DNA of 64,000 nt, from contig JASTWF010000342.1 in assembly GCA_030390025.1 (NCBI GenBank), positions 1 through 64,000 on the forward strand. Reading direction: 5' to 3'. This stretch comes from Squalus acanthias (taxonomy: Eukaryota). The notes under the pieces were generated by a model. It ran no database searches. It was not told the DNA's origin and saw nothing but the letters and a program-made list of their open reading frames with translations. A program made the translations under genes and the position numbers. Below, in pieces: positions 50,560-63,080 of this stretch (position 1 is the stretch's first letter; the number at the start of each line of letters is the position of its first letter).

Positions 50560-51010
50560 CCACTGCAGTCCATCTGGCTGGTCCCACTGTCTAGAACAAT
50601 ATCATATCCCTATATATTTTTTTTTCCTCTAGGCACTACAACTCTGTTTTGAATTTGCTTATAGAATCAGCTTCTATTGCTTCCCTTCACATTCACTGTG
50701 CAGTTGTCACCTTCTGCAAAATGTGCTTAAATTCAAACTGTCTTTTCATCTTCCCTCTTCCATGTTTGAGGCTAAGTCCTCTTGTTGCAGAATCTGTAAC
50801 TATATTAAACAGTGAAGGTTGAATTGTCGATAACTTTAGAATCTTGAATACTTCAGTAAGACCCATCCCTAAATCCTCTCTTCTCCAGTGTAGACATTTC
50901 CAGCTCCTGTAGCTTTTCTTTATAACTCAGGTGGCTAATTCCAACTATGAATTTGGTTGTCCTTCACTGCATCCACCAATGCTTGGATATCTCTAGTGAC
51001 CCAAACGGTA
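50560..51010 (-). mobile_element. Very old CR1 3' remnant
   Basis: Degenerate match to the CR1 C-terminus (CCTCTCTTCTCCAGTG...CCAGCTCCTGTAGCTTTTCTTTATAACTCAG). Confidence 0.5.
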
Positions 51011-51145
51011 AGTAGAAAGGGATTGAAAGTGCTGACTGATGCAGCAGTCACCTGCAATGCAGGGGTGACCTTGCTTGCAACTGTCAATGCCACTCCTGTA
51101 TCCTGCAGATATAGTTAGTGGCATCATAGCAGGTACATGCAGTAC

Positions 51146-51749
51146 CTGTTGATCTCCCTGACTTTCTTTCTTTCATCTACTGCTATTTAAAGCAAGAAAT
51201 TGGGATTCTTTCAAAGCAACCCCAGGTATTAAGATAATAATGATTGGCAAAGGATAGGGTAGGGTAGATTTTCCTTTTGTTGCACTTGGGTGTAAAGGAT
51301 TACCTGAGTGCAGCACATAGAAGAAAATCAGGCGGGGTGGATTGCATATGCGTAGTGGAGCTTGCCTGATTTTCCATCCATTTAATAAGAGGAAAATCTG
51401 CCCCTTTAAGTTCGATACCATGGCACACCCTAAAGTGAAACGAACATTGGTATGGTGGATTATTAGCCATAGTTTGATTCCTAACATTGGCATGGGAATA
51501 TTAAGAAGCCATTAAAAAGTATATTTCTATTTACATACATTACCTAAACTCTTTCTTAGCAACTCCCGAAGATCATTATCTCTAATAATATCAGTGATCC
51601 TATTTAAACAGAAATATGTTTAACAAAAAGACAGGAATATACAAAAGGACATTAAAACCTACGATCATCTTTTGTAACTGTTCATTTTGATGTGAATACT
51701 GATGTTGAAGCATACCTTTGAATAAATTGTCTGGAGAGCAAGCTTGCGC
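51146..51749 (-). CDS. Three candidate coding micro-exons of an unidentified host gene (51749-51716, 51599-51544, 51182-51146)
   Basis: Each has a pyrimidine-rich ...AG acceptor and a GT donor (GTATGC, GTAATG, GTACTG). Lengths 34/56/37 nt join in frame (phases 1-2, 2-1, 1-2) to give ASLLSRQFIQRITDIIRDNDLRELLRKSLAVDERKKVREIN. Confidence 0.55.
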
Positions 51750-51780
51750 CTGAAAGGAGTTTTAAAAAAGCTGGATCTTC

Positions 51781-52060
51781 TTCTACTACTACTATTACAC
51801 TACTACTACATTGTGGGTTCTGAACTCGCCGGGCCACTTCAGTCATCTGAATCCCTTTCATGACAAGTCACTCTTGACATTGTCTATCCAGCGCTTCCTT
51901 GTTTTTTCTCGGATTCTTGTTCCATGTACCTCTGTATGCAGGGCCTTGAAAGGTATTCTAGTTGTTTCTATTCTTGTAAAGTGCCCAAACCATTGCCGTC
52001 GTCTTTCTTGGATCTTCTGCATAAGCGTTGTTTCTTGTCAATTATATATTAACTTCACAA
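51781..52060 (-). mobile_element. RTE-clade LINE 3' fragment with (GTA)n tail
   Basis: Minus strand KIQERRRQWFGHFTRIETTRIPFKALHTEVHGTRIREKTRKRWIDNVK. (TAC)n on the plus strand at 51783-51810. Confidence 0.75.
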
Positions 52061-53970
52061 TATTATTTCTGCCGTTGCCAGGTAATTAAAAGCTTGTCAT
52101 CTATATATTTTTTTAAATGCAATAGTTGTAAAAAAAACTCCATTAAAGACACTTGAAATGAAGTTTTAGGTAATGGCTTTTAAAAGCATGGGACAACACA
52201 GGATTGGGACAAGGTTGCAAGATGGGCCTTGAAATGATGATTGAAAACCAGAAAAGTGCCCATTAATACCATCCCCATTCTGAGGTGTGTTATGTTGTCT
52301 TGTAACAGACAAGTATTTTATTCTGTATAGCAGTATTGTACCATGTGATTCAGCTAAAAGAGATATCAAGATTCATTTTGTTGCCTGATACAGGGAAATA
52401 CCCAAGCTTCTATATTATTCCATTAAACCCAAGCATGATCTTCTTGTGCCATTCATTTCTAATGCCATAACCTTTGCTGCCACATCCAGCTACTACTCAA
52501 ATAGGATCCTTTAAGGCAATTGACAAGGTCTCACGTACAACACACGTTTGGTAGCTGTGTTGCAAAGAAAAATCCTGATAGGAATCTGCAATGTACTGTA
52601 ACTACTGCTAGCCTAAGGGTTGCATGTATAGTTGTGGAATGAATGATGTGACAAGCACAGTCTGTGATGGTTAGTCCTTTTTATTACTGCACACTAGCAA
52701 AGAATTCAGTTGTTTGGTGTCCACGTTGATTATTGTTGCATGTAGTTAATTGACTGTGACAACAACAGGTCATTGTGTGCTGGTGAATGCAAATATTTCT
52801 GACAAAGCAGTACATATACTTGCAGGGTTAAATTCTATACTAATCTGTCTTGTCGCAGTCTGTGTTGTAGTCTGTACTTTGAAGCTTTTTGCATTGTATG
52901 CCATTACTGCACTTTAAATGAATGAAACAAAATAGAAAAGCATGTTCTTATGAAGTTATTAGTGAAACACAGAAACTTGCAACTTCTATTAGCAGAAACA
53001 ACAACAAAAAATTAGCCAGTAACAATACACATTTTGTAATGATCCTTCCTGTTTCCAAAGTAGTGAATGAGCTACTTGACTCCTATATAGTTCAACATTT
53101 TTAAAAAGCCACCTCTTACTATAGGCCTTTCCAGAAATGGAAAACAGAATCCACGAGGCTCATTTGCTGGAAAAAGTAAGCCCTGAATTTGTGAGACAGG
53201 CAAAAATTGTTTTTTTTCTATTTGTTCTTGGAAATGGCTGCATTTATTACCCATCCCTAACTGCCCTGCCCCAAGAAGGTGGAGGTGTTTATGTAGGTTC
53301 TCCTGCTCATCACTGTAACTTCAGCAGAAGATCTGCAGAAACTCCGCAAATATAGTGTGAACTTCACGGAAGATGCATAAAGCAGATATATGAACCCACT
53401 ACAAGAGTCTTTTGTTAAAGGTCCTTTCTGACCCCTTGTATGTGACCAGGCAAGGCCCAGAAATTTGTACTGGCATACACACAGCACACTTGGACTCTAG
53501 TTCATGGGCTGGCTACTCGAAATTTGCAATACAAGTCCCGCCCCATATTTTGAATAGTCCACAGGCACAGGAAAAGCTTGCCAGTGAGTTTAATCTGAAG
53601 CACCTATGGCTGGGGAATTGTAAAATTTGGTGAGGCAGCAGCTCTTAAAGGGCTGTAGTTTGCTATAAAAGGGGAAGTTATTGTGGTGACAGAATGTGGA
53701 TTAATTGTTCGTCATGGCGCAGTTATTGTGCCAGAATGGGAACAGCTTGAAAAGTTTCCTGACCATTGGAAAAAAATAATGTAATTATGCAAATTTGATA
53801 CTAAGGAGTATTCATCACAGAATCCATTCCTAGTATGAGAACACAACCTTGATAAAAATGCCATTTAAAATATTAAAGAAATCTGTACATAGCTCAATAA
53901 TTAGGGAAAGCAAACTAGCAGTATCTCATTTCTCCAGGTGCTGCTCACATCCTCGAGTGTTAGACACAAT

Positions 53971-54727
53971 GGGCCGGATTTTCCGACCCCCTCACGGGTG
54001 CGTACGAGGTGTGTACACACCTGTAGGGGCCTCGCAAGTGCCGGTTTAGGGCATGCGCTAAAACCTGGCACTTGCGATCTGTCAAGAATCCTCTTGACAG
54101 AACATCCACCTGCCCGGGAAAAGTGCCTCTGTGGGTGGAGAGTTGCGCTTTTTGCACAACTTCCGCACGCTGAAAGGCCATAGAATTCTTACGCCTTGTA
54201 AAAGCAGGCGTAAGGCCTGCTTTTACCAGCTTAAGAGTGTTGAAAAATAGAAATAATAAATCTGATAACTCAATTATAAATTAAAAATACTCTTCAAAAA
54301 GGTAAGTTTATTTTTAGCCCTGTAAAAATATTTAATTTCCCCCCCAAAAAAACTTTAAAAAAATTAATATTCAATTCAATGGAATTTTAATTAATTTTAA
54401 TTATGTATTTAAAACAAAAATATTTAATGTTTTAGTGTGTTTTTAAATGTGATCCCCATTCATACTTTTGACAGTTCTGTGCGTAGAGACCTGTCAAAAG
54501 TATGAAGGGGGATTCCCTTCTTTGATTGGTTCGCCTGGCCCACATGATCCCAGGGATGCTTGCGAACCGCCTGCGGCCCTGGGATACCTGGGCCTCTGCC
54601 CGCGTGGACCTGGAGAGGCCCAGGATCGCAAGCCTCGGGATCTATGGAACCAGCAGGTAGGTTCGTAGATTTTTTTCCGATCGGAGGCATCCGCACGCAG
54701 GAAGCCTCCAATTGGAAATTCAGGGCC
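53971..54727. mobile_element. Harbinger-like MITE
   Basis: TIR GGGCCGGATTTTCC / GGAAATTCAGGGCC. 3-bp TSD AAT. Aligns to 34355-35110. Confidence 0.9.
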
Positions 54728-54983
54728 AATAACACATTCCATCTGCTACTGCGTGATACACCATCCTGGAAAAGGAATCAGATTGCAGGTGGGTTGAAAT
54801 GTACAGCTGCAGTCTGCTGAGCCCACACAACTACGGAATGACATCGCTGGCAGGTTAGCAAGATTACTTCAGAATTATCGATTTATTTTTTGTTGCCAGT
54901 TCTAATGGCAAACTATGCCAGAAATATTTTCAAATAAGTCAGTCGTACAGCTTATTGACCTAGTCAACTGCACTGGAAACATA

Positions 54984-55147
54984 GGGGGTGAAATTGGTCT
55001 TTGGCAAAAGCACAAAACAGGCGATGGTACAAAACGGGTCGCCAACCACACTCAATATTCTTTTCCATTGAAGTCAATTTAATAGAAAAAAATATCAGTT
55101 GTGGTGTAAAACAGGCTTCCGATTCGCTAAAGACCAATTCCACCCCC
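54984..55147. mobile_element. Small MITE
   Basis: TIR GGGGGTGAAATTGGTCTTT / AAAGACCAATTCCACCCCC. TSD ATA. Confidence 0.8.
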
Positions 55148-55889
55148 ATAGAAACAGCAGTGCAGTAGGCCAATCAGTCCATTAAGTCCGTTCGCCATGG
55201 CAGCTCTTTGTGGTGCATAATATGACAATAGGTGCATCGGGCACCTGCTTCTCAGAAAATTAGCAGCAGAACCTGGAGGCCTTCAATGTGTCTGAGACCC
55301 TCTGTGTACTCCACTGTAGGTGGTGAACACAAAGGGGGCTGAGAGCCAGTGCACAAGTTGTGTGTTAGGCGCATTTGACCTTCCAGGTTTATTTATTTGA
55401 GGTGCCAATTCCATAAAGTGTGGGATGGTCTGCATATCTTCCAGTGCTGCCTTTGTGTCCCAGGTTCTCTGCTCTTCTTCATCTAACAAATAAATCATAA
55501 AGATGGGAACCCCTGTGGGGAAGAACATTTCATCTATCTTCATTACTTATTCCTTACACACAAAAATGGTGTCAGAGACTTCCAAAAGAGCAAAAAGCAT
55601 TCTAACAAAAGACTATCCAAAGTAAAATAAATAATCCTCTAACAGCACAATGGAGCACAGCAATTCAGCTTTAAGTGTCAGCCTTCCTTAGCTGCTGTAC
55701 TAATTTACCCCTGTTTAATAGTTGTATTAATTAAATCAGTGGATCCTAGGACATAACTGACAGAATTTATGATTTACATTGGCCAGAATCTTTACCTTGG
55801 AGTCGGATCGAGTGTGTGCGGGCCGTGTAGCAAGTCGCCATCCCGAAGATTTCAACAGCGCGTTCTGCACTGAATGCTTAACTCAACTG

Positions 55890-58008
55890 CACCAATTGAA
55901 AGAGTCATGCGGTGGTGAGGAGAGCGTGGATCCAGTGCTGCAAGAGATTCAATGATCTCATGAGGTCATGAAAGGTGAGTGCAATGCCACACTCACCTAC
56001 ATCCTGATGTGCCTGTCACCCCAACCCCAACACTCTGCCTTCCCAAGCTTACTTCTTCACATCACTCCTCACGCTAACCTACCTTGCAGGTCCACCCATC
56101 CCGCTCTGTCTATGCACCTACTCAAATTCCCATCTGACTAACCACCACTGACACTCACCCTCATCCTAATGCAATCATAGCAAGTAACAACAGCAGAAGA
56201 GGCCATTTGGCAATGTCATGCCACTCCCTCATAGTCACCCTCTACACATTACCCATCCATTCCATCACTCTCACTCAAAGTTCTCTTCTTTCCCTCCTTG
56301 CAGGAGAAGAGAGCCCACAACAATAGGCAGAGGGGGAGAAACGGAGGTGGCCCTCCAACATTCACAAATTTGACTCTAGCAGAGGAGGAGGAGGAGGCCT
56401 TAGAAATCTCGAGTTGCAAAGCTGCTGGCAGTGGGAGATGGAGAGAGGAGGACCTCCCAGCAACCTGGTGACGGAATTAAATCTCATACAGCCACATGGC
56501 ATACAGCAGTCACTCATATGGTGACTGAGGTCAGGAGCCAGTGAAATGTCATCATGTGCATAATGGTAACTTTATCTATTCTTTATCATAACACTTCTGA
56601 TTCATCTCTTTACTCTCCCACAGGTCCATCAAGTGCCCCACCCCCCACCACTGTCCAGCCAGAGGAGGAAGACAACTCTTCAGAGGAAGCTCCACTCTCT
56701 GAGGGTGCACCATCAGTAGTCCCAAGCACACCCAGCACCAGTGCAGATATACACACCTCGGTGGGTCCTGTGAGAGATAGAGTAGTGTTGTCACCTGGTG
56801 TCTCACACATCACAAGTCAGCAAGAGCAGATGGTGGAGACAGGAACAACAGTGGAGACTCCTCGCTGGAGGGCGCAGGACACTCCCAGCTCTGCTGAACT
56901 GCATGGAGATGCTGAACCTTGGGGGCCATCGAGAAAGAGGTTGATCTTGGAGGAGGAGCAACAATTGCACAAGGCTTTGGCAGCTTTTGCAGCCGCGATG
57001 TGTGTAAATGTACAGAGAATGGAGGAGTCCATCTCCAACATGAGCACCACTATCTCGCAGGTGATGGCGACGATGTGCTGTTCCATGGAAAGGATGGAGC
57101 ATGGAGCAGCTAATGCGCCAGTCCAATTAGAACATGCTTGCTGTGAACAACAGATTGCATACATTCATTGACCTCATCTCTAGGATTAATATTAACATAG
57201 ACTTGGGCCTTCATGGCCCCACTGATGTGCACCAAGGTGCTCTCCAGCTCTTTGCTAGCAGGGAAGTGTGGGTGGCCCATGAGAGGGATGATGGTGAGAG
57301 GGGACATGGAAAAGCAAATGGTGGAGACAGGGACAACAGTGGAGCTTGAAACATATAAGTCCTGAGAGGTCTTGACAGGGTGGATGTGGAGAGGATGTTT
57401 CCTCTTGTGGGAGAATCTAGAACTAGGGGTCACTGTTTAAAAATAAGAGGTTGCCCATTTAAGACAGAGATGAGGAGAAATTTTTTCTCACAGAGGGTCG
57501 TGAGTCTTTGGAACTCTTCCTCAGAGGGCGGTGGAAGCAGAGTCTTTGAATATTTTTAAGGCAGAGGTAGATAAATTCTTGATAAGCAAGGGGGTGAAAG
57601 GTTATCGGGGTAGGTGGGAATGTGGAGTAATCAGATCAGCCATGATCTTATTGAATGGCGGAGCAGGCTCGAGGGGCTGAGTGACCTACTCCTGCTCCTA
57701 ATTCATATGTTTGTATGTTCGGAAGTGGGGGCTCTTCTCAAAGTGCTCCCACTACTCCCACATTGCCTCCCCCTCAGTTAAAGCCCCACATGATGTCTCG
57801 GATCCCAATGGCTGAGTTTGCCCCTGTACAGTTGCAGGAGGAGCAGTCTTTGGCGGGGCCCACACAGGCTCCAAAACCCAGAGGACGTCCGCCAAAAGTG
57901 TCTAAGCAGCCGCAGCAGGGAAGTGAGCAGCCTGCCTCTACCGCTGCTGAAGCCATAGGGGTTGCACCTCGTAGAAGCACGTGTAAACGAAAAAAGACAC
58001 AGTCCTAG
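55890..58008 (+). pseudogene. Harbinger Myb/SANT-like (NAIF1/MSANTD-type) accessory gene, 3 exons, disrupted and 5'-deleted
   Basis: Exon 1 ends RAWIQCCKRFNDLMRS*K|GTGAGT (55974). Exon 2 from 56304: EKRAHNNRQ..GGGPP..LTLAEEE. Exon 3 from 56624 is acidic/Pro-Ser-rich and ends in a basic KPRGRPPK...KRKK tail. Confidence 0.8.
57345..57720 (+). mobile_element. CR1 3' fragment inserted in the Harbinger Myb gene
   Basis: LDRVDVERMFPLVGESRTRGH...FKTEMRRNFFSQRVV. CR1 3' UTR with TATGTT tail. Confidence 0.92.
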
Positions 58009-58320
58009 ATGCACAAGGGCATGCACATGGGTGTATGAAAAAATGTTAATGTTAAGTTTCAGTTCTATCTATGACGCACATAAATATATTTCTTTGCACC
58101 ACTTTCCTGTCTTGTCCATTTTTGCCGGCTACCTGGGAAGTGGCCTCGTCACTTGGAGTGAATGGTGAGACATTACTTCACCTCGGGCAATGGGGGTTTG
58201 GGTGACAGGAATGGCTTGGTCATTGCACGAATGCTTTGTGGTGTTGTTGCAGTGGAGGGCGGGGGGGGGCGGGGGAAGTTAGTACAGCATGTGACAGCCA
58301 TATGGGTGCACTGGTGCAAG

Positions 58321-59521
58321 TTAAGTAATTCTGGCCATTATGAGGCCATCCCATGCAGCAATGTGCGCCACTGCTGGTGCCATCTCCATCCCAGGTTCCT
58401 CCTCCTTCTCGTGTTCCACCTGTTCCTCCTCCTCCTCCTCATGTTCCACCTGTTCCTCCTCCTCAGGAGGCTGTGTGCTCTGCGCCTTGCTCCTCCTGCA
58501 GCTCCAATCCTTGCTGCTATGTTGTGCAGCGCGCAGCATTCGACAATGATTCTAGAGACCCTGGCTGGTGCGTACTGAAGGGCTCTTCCAGATCTGTCAA
58601 GGCATCTGAAGCGCATCTTCATCATGCCAATTGCTTGCTCTATGACACATCTGGTGGACATGTGACTGTCATTATAACTCTCCTCGGCTTCATTACTTGG
58701 CCTCCTGAAGTGTGTCATCAGCAACGTTTTCAGTGGTTAGCCCTTGTCTCCAAGTCGCCAGCCGGATAGTCTGTTTGGAGATATGAAGAGCTGAGGTGGG
58801 TGGGGGGGATGGACTGGTGCAGCACGAAAGAGTTATGACAGCTGCCAGGGAATCTGGTGCACACATGCATGATGATCTTTTTATGGTTGCAGACAAGCTG
58901 CACATTGAGGGAGTGGAAGCCCTTGCGGTTCACAAACACTCCTGGGTAATGGGGGATGCCTTGATGGCCCCATGTATGCAGTCGATGATGCCAGCCAGAG
59001 CCGCAAAGCCGAGCGCCCGCTCAGTAACATTGGCTTCATCAGTGGCAAAGTTTACATAATTGGTTGACTTGTGAAACATGGCATCGGTCACCTGGGTGAT
59101 GCATCTGTGGGCGGCTGACCCACAAATTTCTGCTGCAAATCCCTGGAAGGAGCCTGAGGTAAAGAAGTTGAGGGCGGTGGTGACTTTAATAGCCACTGGT
59201 AAGGCATGTCCACCAGGTCCTCTAGGCAGCAGGTCTGTTCCAGCAAGCTACAAAGCTCTGCTGTTCAGACATGTCCAGGAAGCTGATCCTCTGTTTGTAT
59301 ACCCTGTTTTGAGGGTATCGTCTTTGGCGCAGTGCACCCCTGTGCTGATCCCCTATCTCCTGTGGAGCATCAGGTCGTTGAGGAGAAGGCTGCTGTTGTG
59401 GGTGCTGCTGCTGCTGGTGTTGTGGCTGGTGCTGCTGGTAGTGTGGCTGGTGTTGTTGGTTCTGGGGCTCATCTTCATCCGATTCTGAGGTTCAAGATGA
59501 GACAGCATAAGCGGCACCCAT
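58321..59521 (-). pseudogene. HARBI1-like DDE transposase (DDE_Tnp_4), frameshifted and with small deletions
   Basis: [77 protein letters not shown]. Confidence 0.93.
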
Positions 59522-60319
59522 GCTGATCTAATAGATGGCAGGTAAAGTGGAGATCAGAGGCACAATCCTTCAAGGTTCTGATAGTGACTAGCAATGTGGT
59601 GAGAGTGGCTTCCGCGGTTGCAGAAATCACCTGCAAACTCCTGAAAGCAAAATGGACAAAATGGTGTCAGCAATGGCCTTTCTATTAGGCAAGGAAGCAG
59701 GTGTGAGTATTTATGTGTTTTGTCCAGCCATCACTTAATAGACTCACACAATGGCCACTGAGTGTCCGCCTCCCCTTCACAGGTGAGGTTCTAGAGGTGC
59801 GTGAATTCCGTGAGCAACAAGTTAAAGCCAAAACTTGACATTAAAAAGGCAGTTAAGGGTCTGTAAATGTGCAGTTAAGTACCTCAATGAGGTGACCCGC
59901 TTTTCCCAAGTGGGTCTGTGGCGTGCCTCGAAACGTGCCTGAGTTAAAGGTGGGAGTCGCTGGGATGACGGCAGGTTCCCGATGCGCTGTCAATTTCTGC
60001 GCTTTTAACTGCCAACCCACCCCAAACCCGCACGCTCGGCAACGGGAAAATTCCGGCCAAGGTCACCATAGCCTAGGCCAATCAATTACACGGCTGTACC
60101 TTAGCTAGGGTAGGTACATCTTACACCCTCCCTCACTTCCAGCAGAATTTAGGACAGACTTAAATGGGGCATAAAACCAGCATATCTTCTATAACTCCCA
60201 AATTATGACCCTCGCAGATAGGCCGAAGTAGGGGAAGAAGTGGAAAGGAGGTGGAAGTGGGCAGTCTTAGTGATCGAGAGGATATGGGGCCAGAAGCTCA
60301 GCTTAGGGCCAAATAGGAT

Positions 60320-61300
60320 GCTGATATTGTAAACAGTCTGGTTCAGCCTAAGACAATGGTCAGGGAAGGGGATGTAATCAGTGGTGAGGGAACAGGTTTT
60401 TGGGTCAAACGCAACACCAAGGTTGCGAACGGTCTAGCTCAGCTTCAGACAGGTGCCAAGGATGGAAGCGATGATCAGGGAGCGGAGTTTGTGACGGGGA
60501 CCAAAGACAATGGCTTCAGTCTTCTCAATATTTAATTGAAGTAAATTTCTGCTCATCCAATATTGGATGTCGGACAGGCAATGTGACATATTAGATGCAG
60601 TGGAGGGATCGAGAGAAGTGGTGGTGAGCTGGAGCTGAGTTTCATCAGCATGCATGAGGAATCTGACATCCTGTCTTTGGATGATGTCATCAAGGGGCAG
60701 CAAGTAGATGAGAAATAGGAGAGGATCAAGGATAGATTCTTGAGGGACTCCAGAGTTAATGGTGCATTGGTGGGAAGATAAGCCATTGATGAAGATTCTC
60801 TGGCTATGACGGGATAGGTAAGTGGAACCAGTCAACAGCACTCCCACTCATCTGGACAGCAGAGGACAGGCATTGGATGAGGATGGTGTAGTCAACCATG
60901 TCAGAGAGGTAGAGAAGGATGAGGAGGAATAGTGCACAATGGTCACAGTCATAGAGAATGTCATTTGTGACTTTCAGTAGGACCATTTCAGTGCTGTGGC
61001 AGGAGTGGAAACCTGATTGAAGTGATTCAAAAATGGAGCTGCAGGAAAGTGGGGAGAAGAAAGGGAGTTGGAAATGGGGCAGTAGTTTGCAAGGGCAGAA
61101 ACATTAAGAGGTTTTTTTTTTCCCTTTCAGGAGGGGAGTGATAACTGCATTTGAAAAGGGAGGGGAAAGTAGTACCTGAGGAGAGAGAACAGTTGGGTGG
61201 TCAGCAGTTTAGTGGGAATAGGGCCAAAAGAGCAGATGGTGGGTCTCATGGACAAAATGAGCTCTTAGTGAGTATGAGGGAATTAGAGAAAAACTAGAGA
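60320..61300 (-). mobile_element. L2 LINE RT fragment
   Basis: LLKVTNDIL, SGVPQESILDPLLFLIY, HADETQL, WMSRNLLQLNIEKTEAIVFG. Confidence 0.88.
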
Positions 61301-62284
61301 GAGATGGGGGGTTCAGGGTTGGGGTAGAGGAGGCCTGAGGGAAGGATTAGCTTAAAGGGCAAGGAGAAATGGGGGGGTGGGGGGGGGCGCAGAAAGCAGC
61401 AGAACATAGGGTCTCTAACTTGGTGATAAATTCCATCAGCACTTTGCACAATGGGGTGGAAAGAATGCATTGCACGTGCAATGCAGATGCTTATGAATAT
61501 GGTGTGTTCCTCCATGTTTACCAACCATTATGCCAATATTCATAGCTGTAATTGCATATATGCCCACAATGTATGCTCCAGCACATAGAATCCTCCTCAG
61601 GTTGCTAGCAATATGGGATGGTCCATAAAGAATTCAGGTAATGTGCTCAAAGCTGCGCTCCCAAATTTTATTGCTACATTTCAGCTTTTACATTAACAGT
61701 AATTTCCAGGCTATTGTTTCTTGGTATTGTACCTTTAGACTGTTATACCTTTGGTATTAATGGTTCCTGATGGTCCTCATTGTATGGCCTCAGATCTCTT
61801 CTTGCTCCTCCAATATGCCCAGCAAAGTAAGACTTATTGATACATTCATGCTGCTATGTGCCCTTTGCAGTGTCTCCTGCTCTGCTCCATGTTGAACATC
61901 TGCTGACTCTCTTTGATGTCATAATGTGATGTTTTTAAACCTGGTGCCGTTAGTGTAAGGCTGGGAGGTAAGTTTGAGGAAATTGGCAAATTTGCCTTTA
62001 ATAGGTATTAACATTTTTTGGCCTTATATGTTAATATGCGTTAAACCAGTCCAGTCCTGGACGCAATTTTGTAACGATCGACAAAATGTTGCTAGTGCTC
62101 TTTTAATGCTAAAGCCCCAAATTACTGCACATGTATCAACCTTAACACACAGAGGAATTTAAATCCTTTACTCCATGGATTGTATAAAAGGACTAGTTCT
62201 TAAACGAATCCATTCACCATAAATCGTCACAGTGTTATATATTGGCCCTCTCTATGACTGCACATTGTCAGTTGTAAACAGCAT

Positions 62285-63080
62285 GGCAGGAATTTTCTCA
62301 AGGGAGGAGGGTTGGGGGTGGGGACCCTCCGACTTTAACAGCAGGGCCTGATTTGAATGCGAGGCCTTGGATTCCCGCCTGCAGCCAGCCAGATTGAGAG
62401 GCCGGCTGGCTGCGAGGGGGTAGGCCTCAGATGCGAGGGGCCGGTCCGGAGGAGGGATCGCGGGAGGGTGGTCGACAATCGGCAGGAGTCGGGGATCGGG
62501 AGGTGGGGAGAGGATCAGCCAGGGATCTCGAGGGGTGGTCAGCCGGGGATTGGGGCGGGGTTCAGCCAGGGATCGTGGGGATGGGGATCGGCCGGGGATC
62601 GGGGTGGGGGAGAGAGGATCAGGGCTGGCCACCAGAGGATCGTGGCCGGCCTCATCATCATCGTGGGCAGGGGAGGGAAGGCCTGGGGGGGTGATCAGAG
62701 GCCTCATGGGGAGTCTCCGGTCACGGGGGGTGGGTATGGTCGGGACCCTGGATCCAGGAGGTAGGTATAAAGCCACTTACCTCCTGGATGCAGCAGCCCC
62801 CACCTCGATTTAACTTCTGGGTTTCATGAATTGTGTGAAACCCGTCCACAGGCAGTTAAACACAAAATGGATGGGAAAAAAGTGGCTTCCAGCCTCATTA
62901 CAATATTTAAATTGATGTTACTTCCCCTGGGAGTGGTTTGGTCACCCGCCCCCCATCCCACCCCCAGCAAAACTGGAATTGGGCGGTTTGGAGGCGAGAT
63001 CAGGTCGGGAATCCCATTTTTAACACTTTAACTGCCCCACGCTTCAAACCCACCTTTTTTTAGGGGGAAATTCTTGGCCC
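62285..63080. mobile_element. MITE-like element with G-rich degenerate GGGGATCG repeat core (related to 2205-3055)
   Basis: Ends GGCAGGAATTTT / AAATTCTTGGCCC. Internal hairpin CCAGGAGGTAGGT-ATAAAGCC-ACTTACCTCCTGG at 62754-62787. Confidence 0.7.

Larger units (their letters stand above)
55781..60058. mobile_element. PIF/Harbinger DNA transposon, near full-length but inactive (convergent Myb-like and transposase genes)
   Basis: Ends GGCCAGAATCTT / AAAATTCCGGCC. Contains both hallmark genes of the superfamily. Confidence 0.9.

Noticed and set aside
58321..59521. Domesticated host HARBI1 gene
   Set aside because: It has frameshifts, deletions and a stop near the start, and it sits between TIRs with a convergent Myb-like partner, so it is a dead transposon copy.
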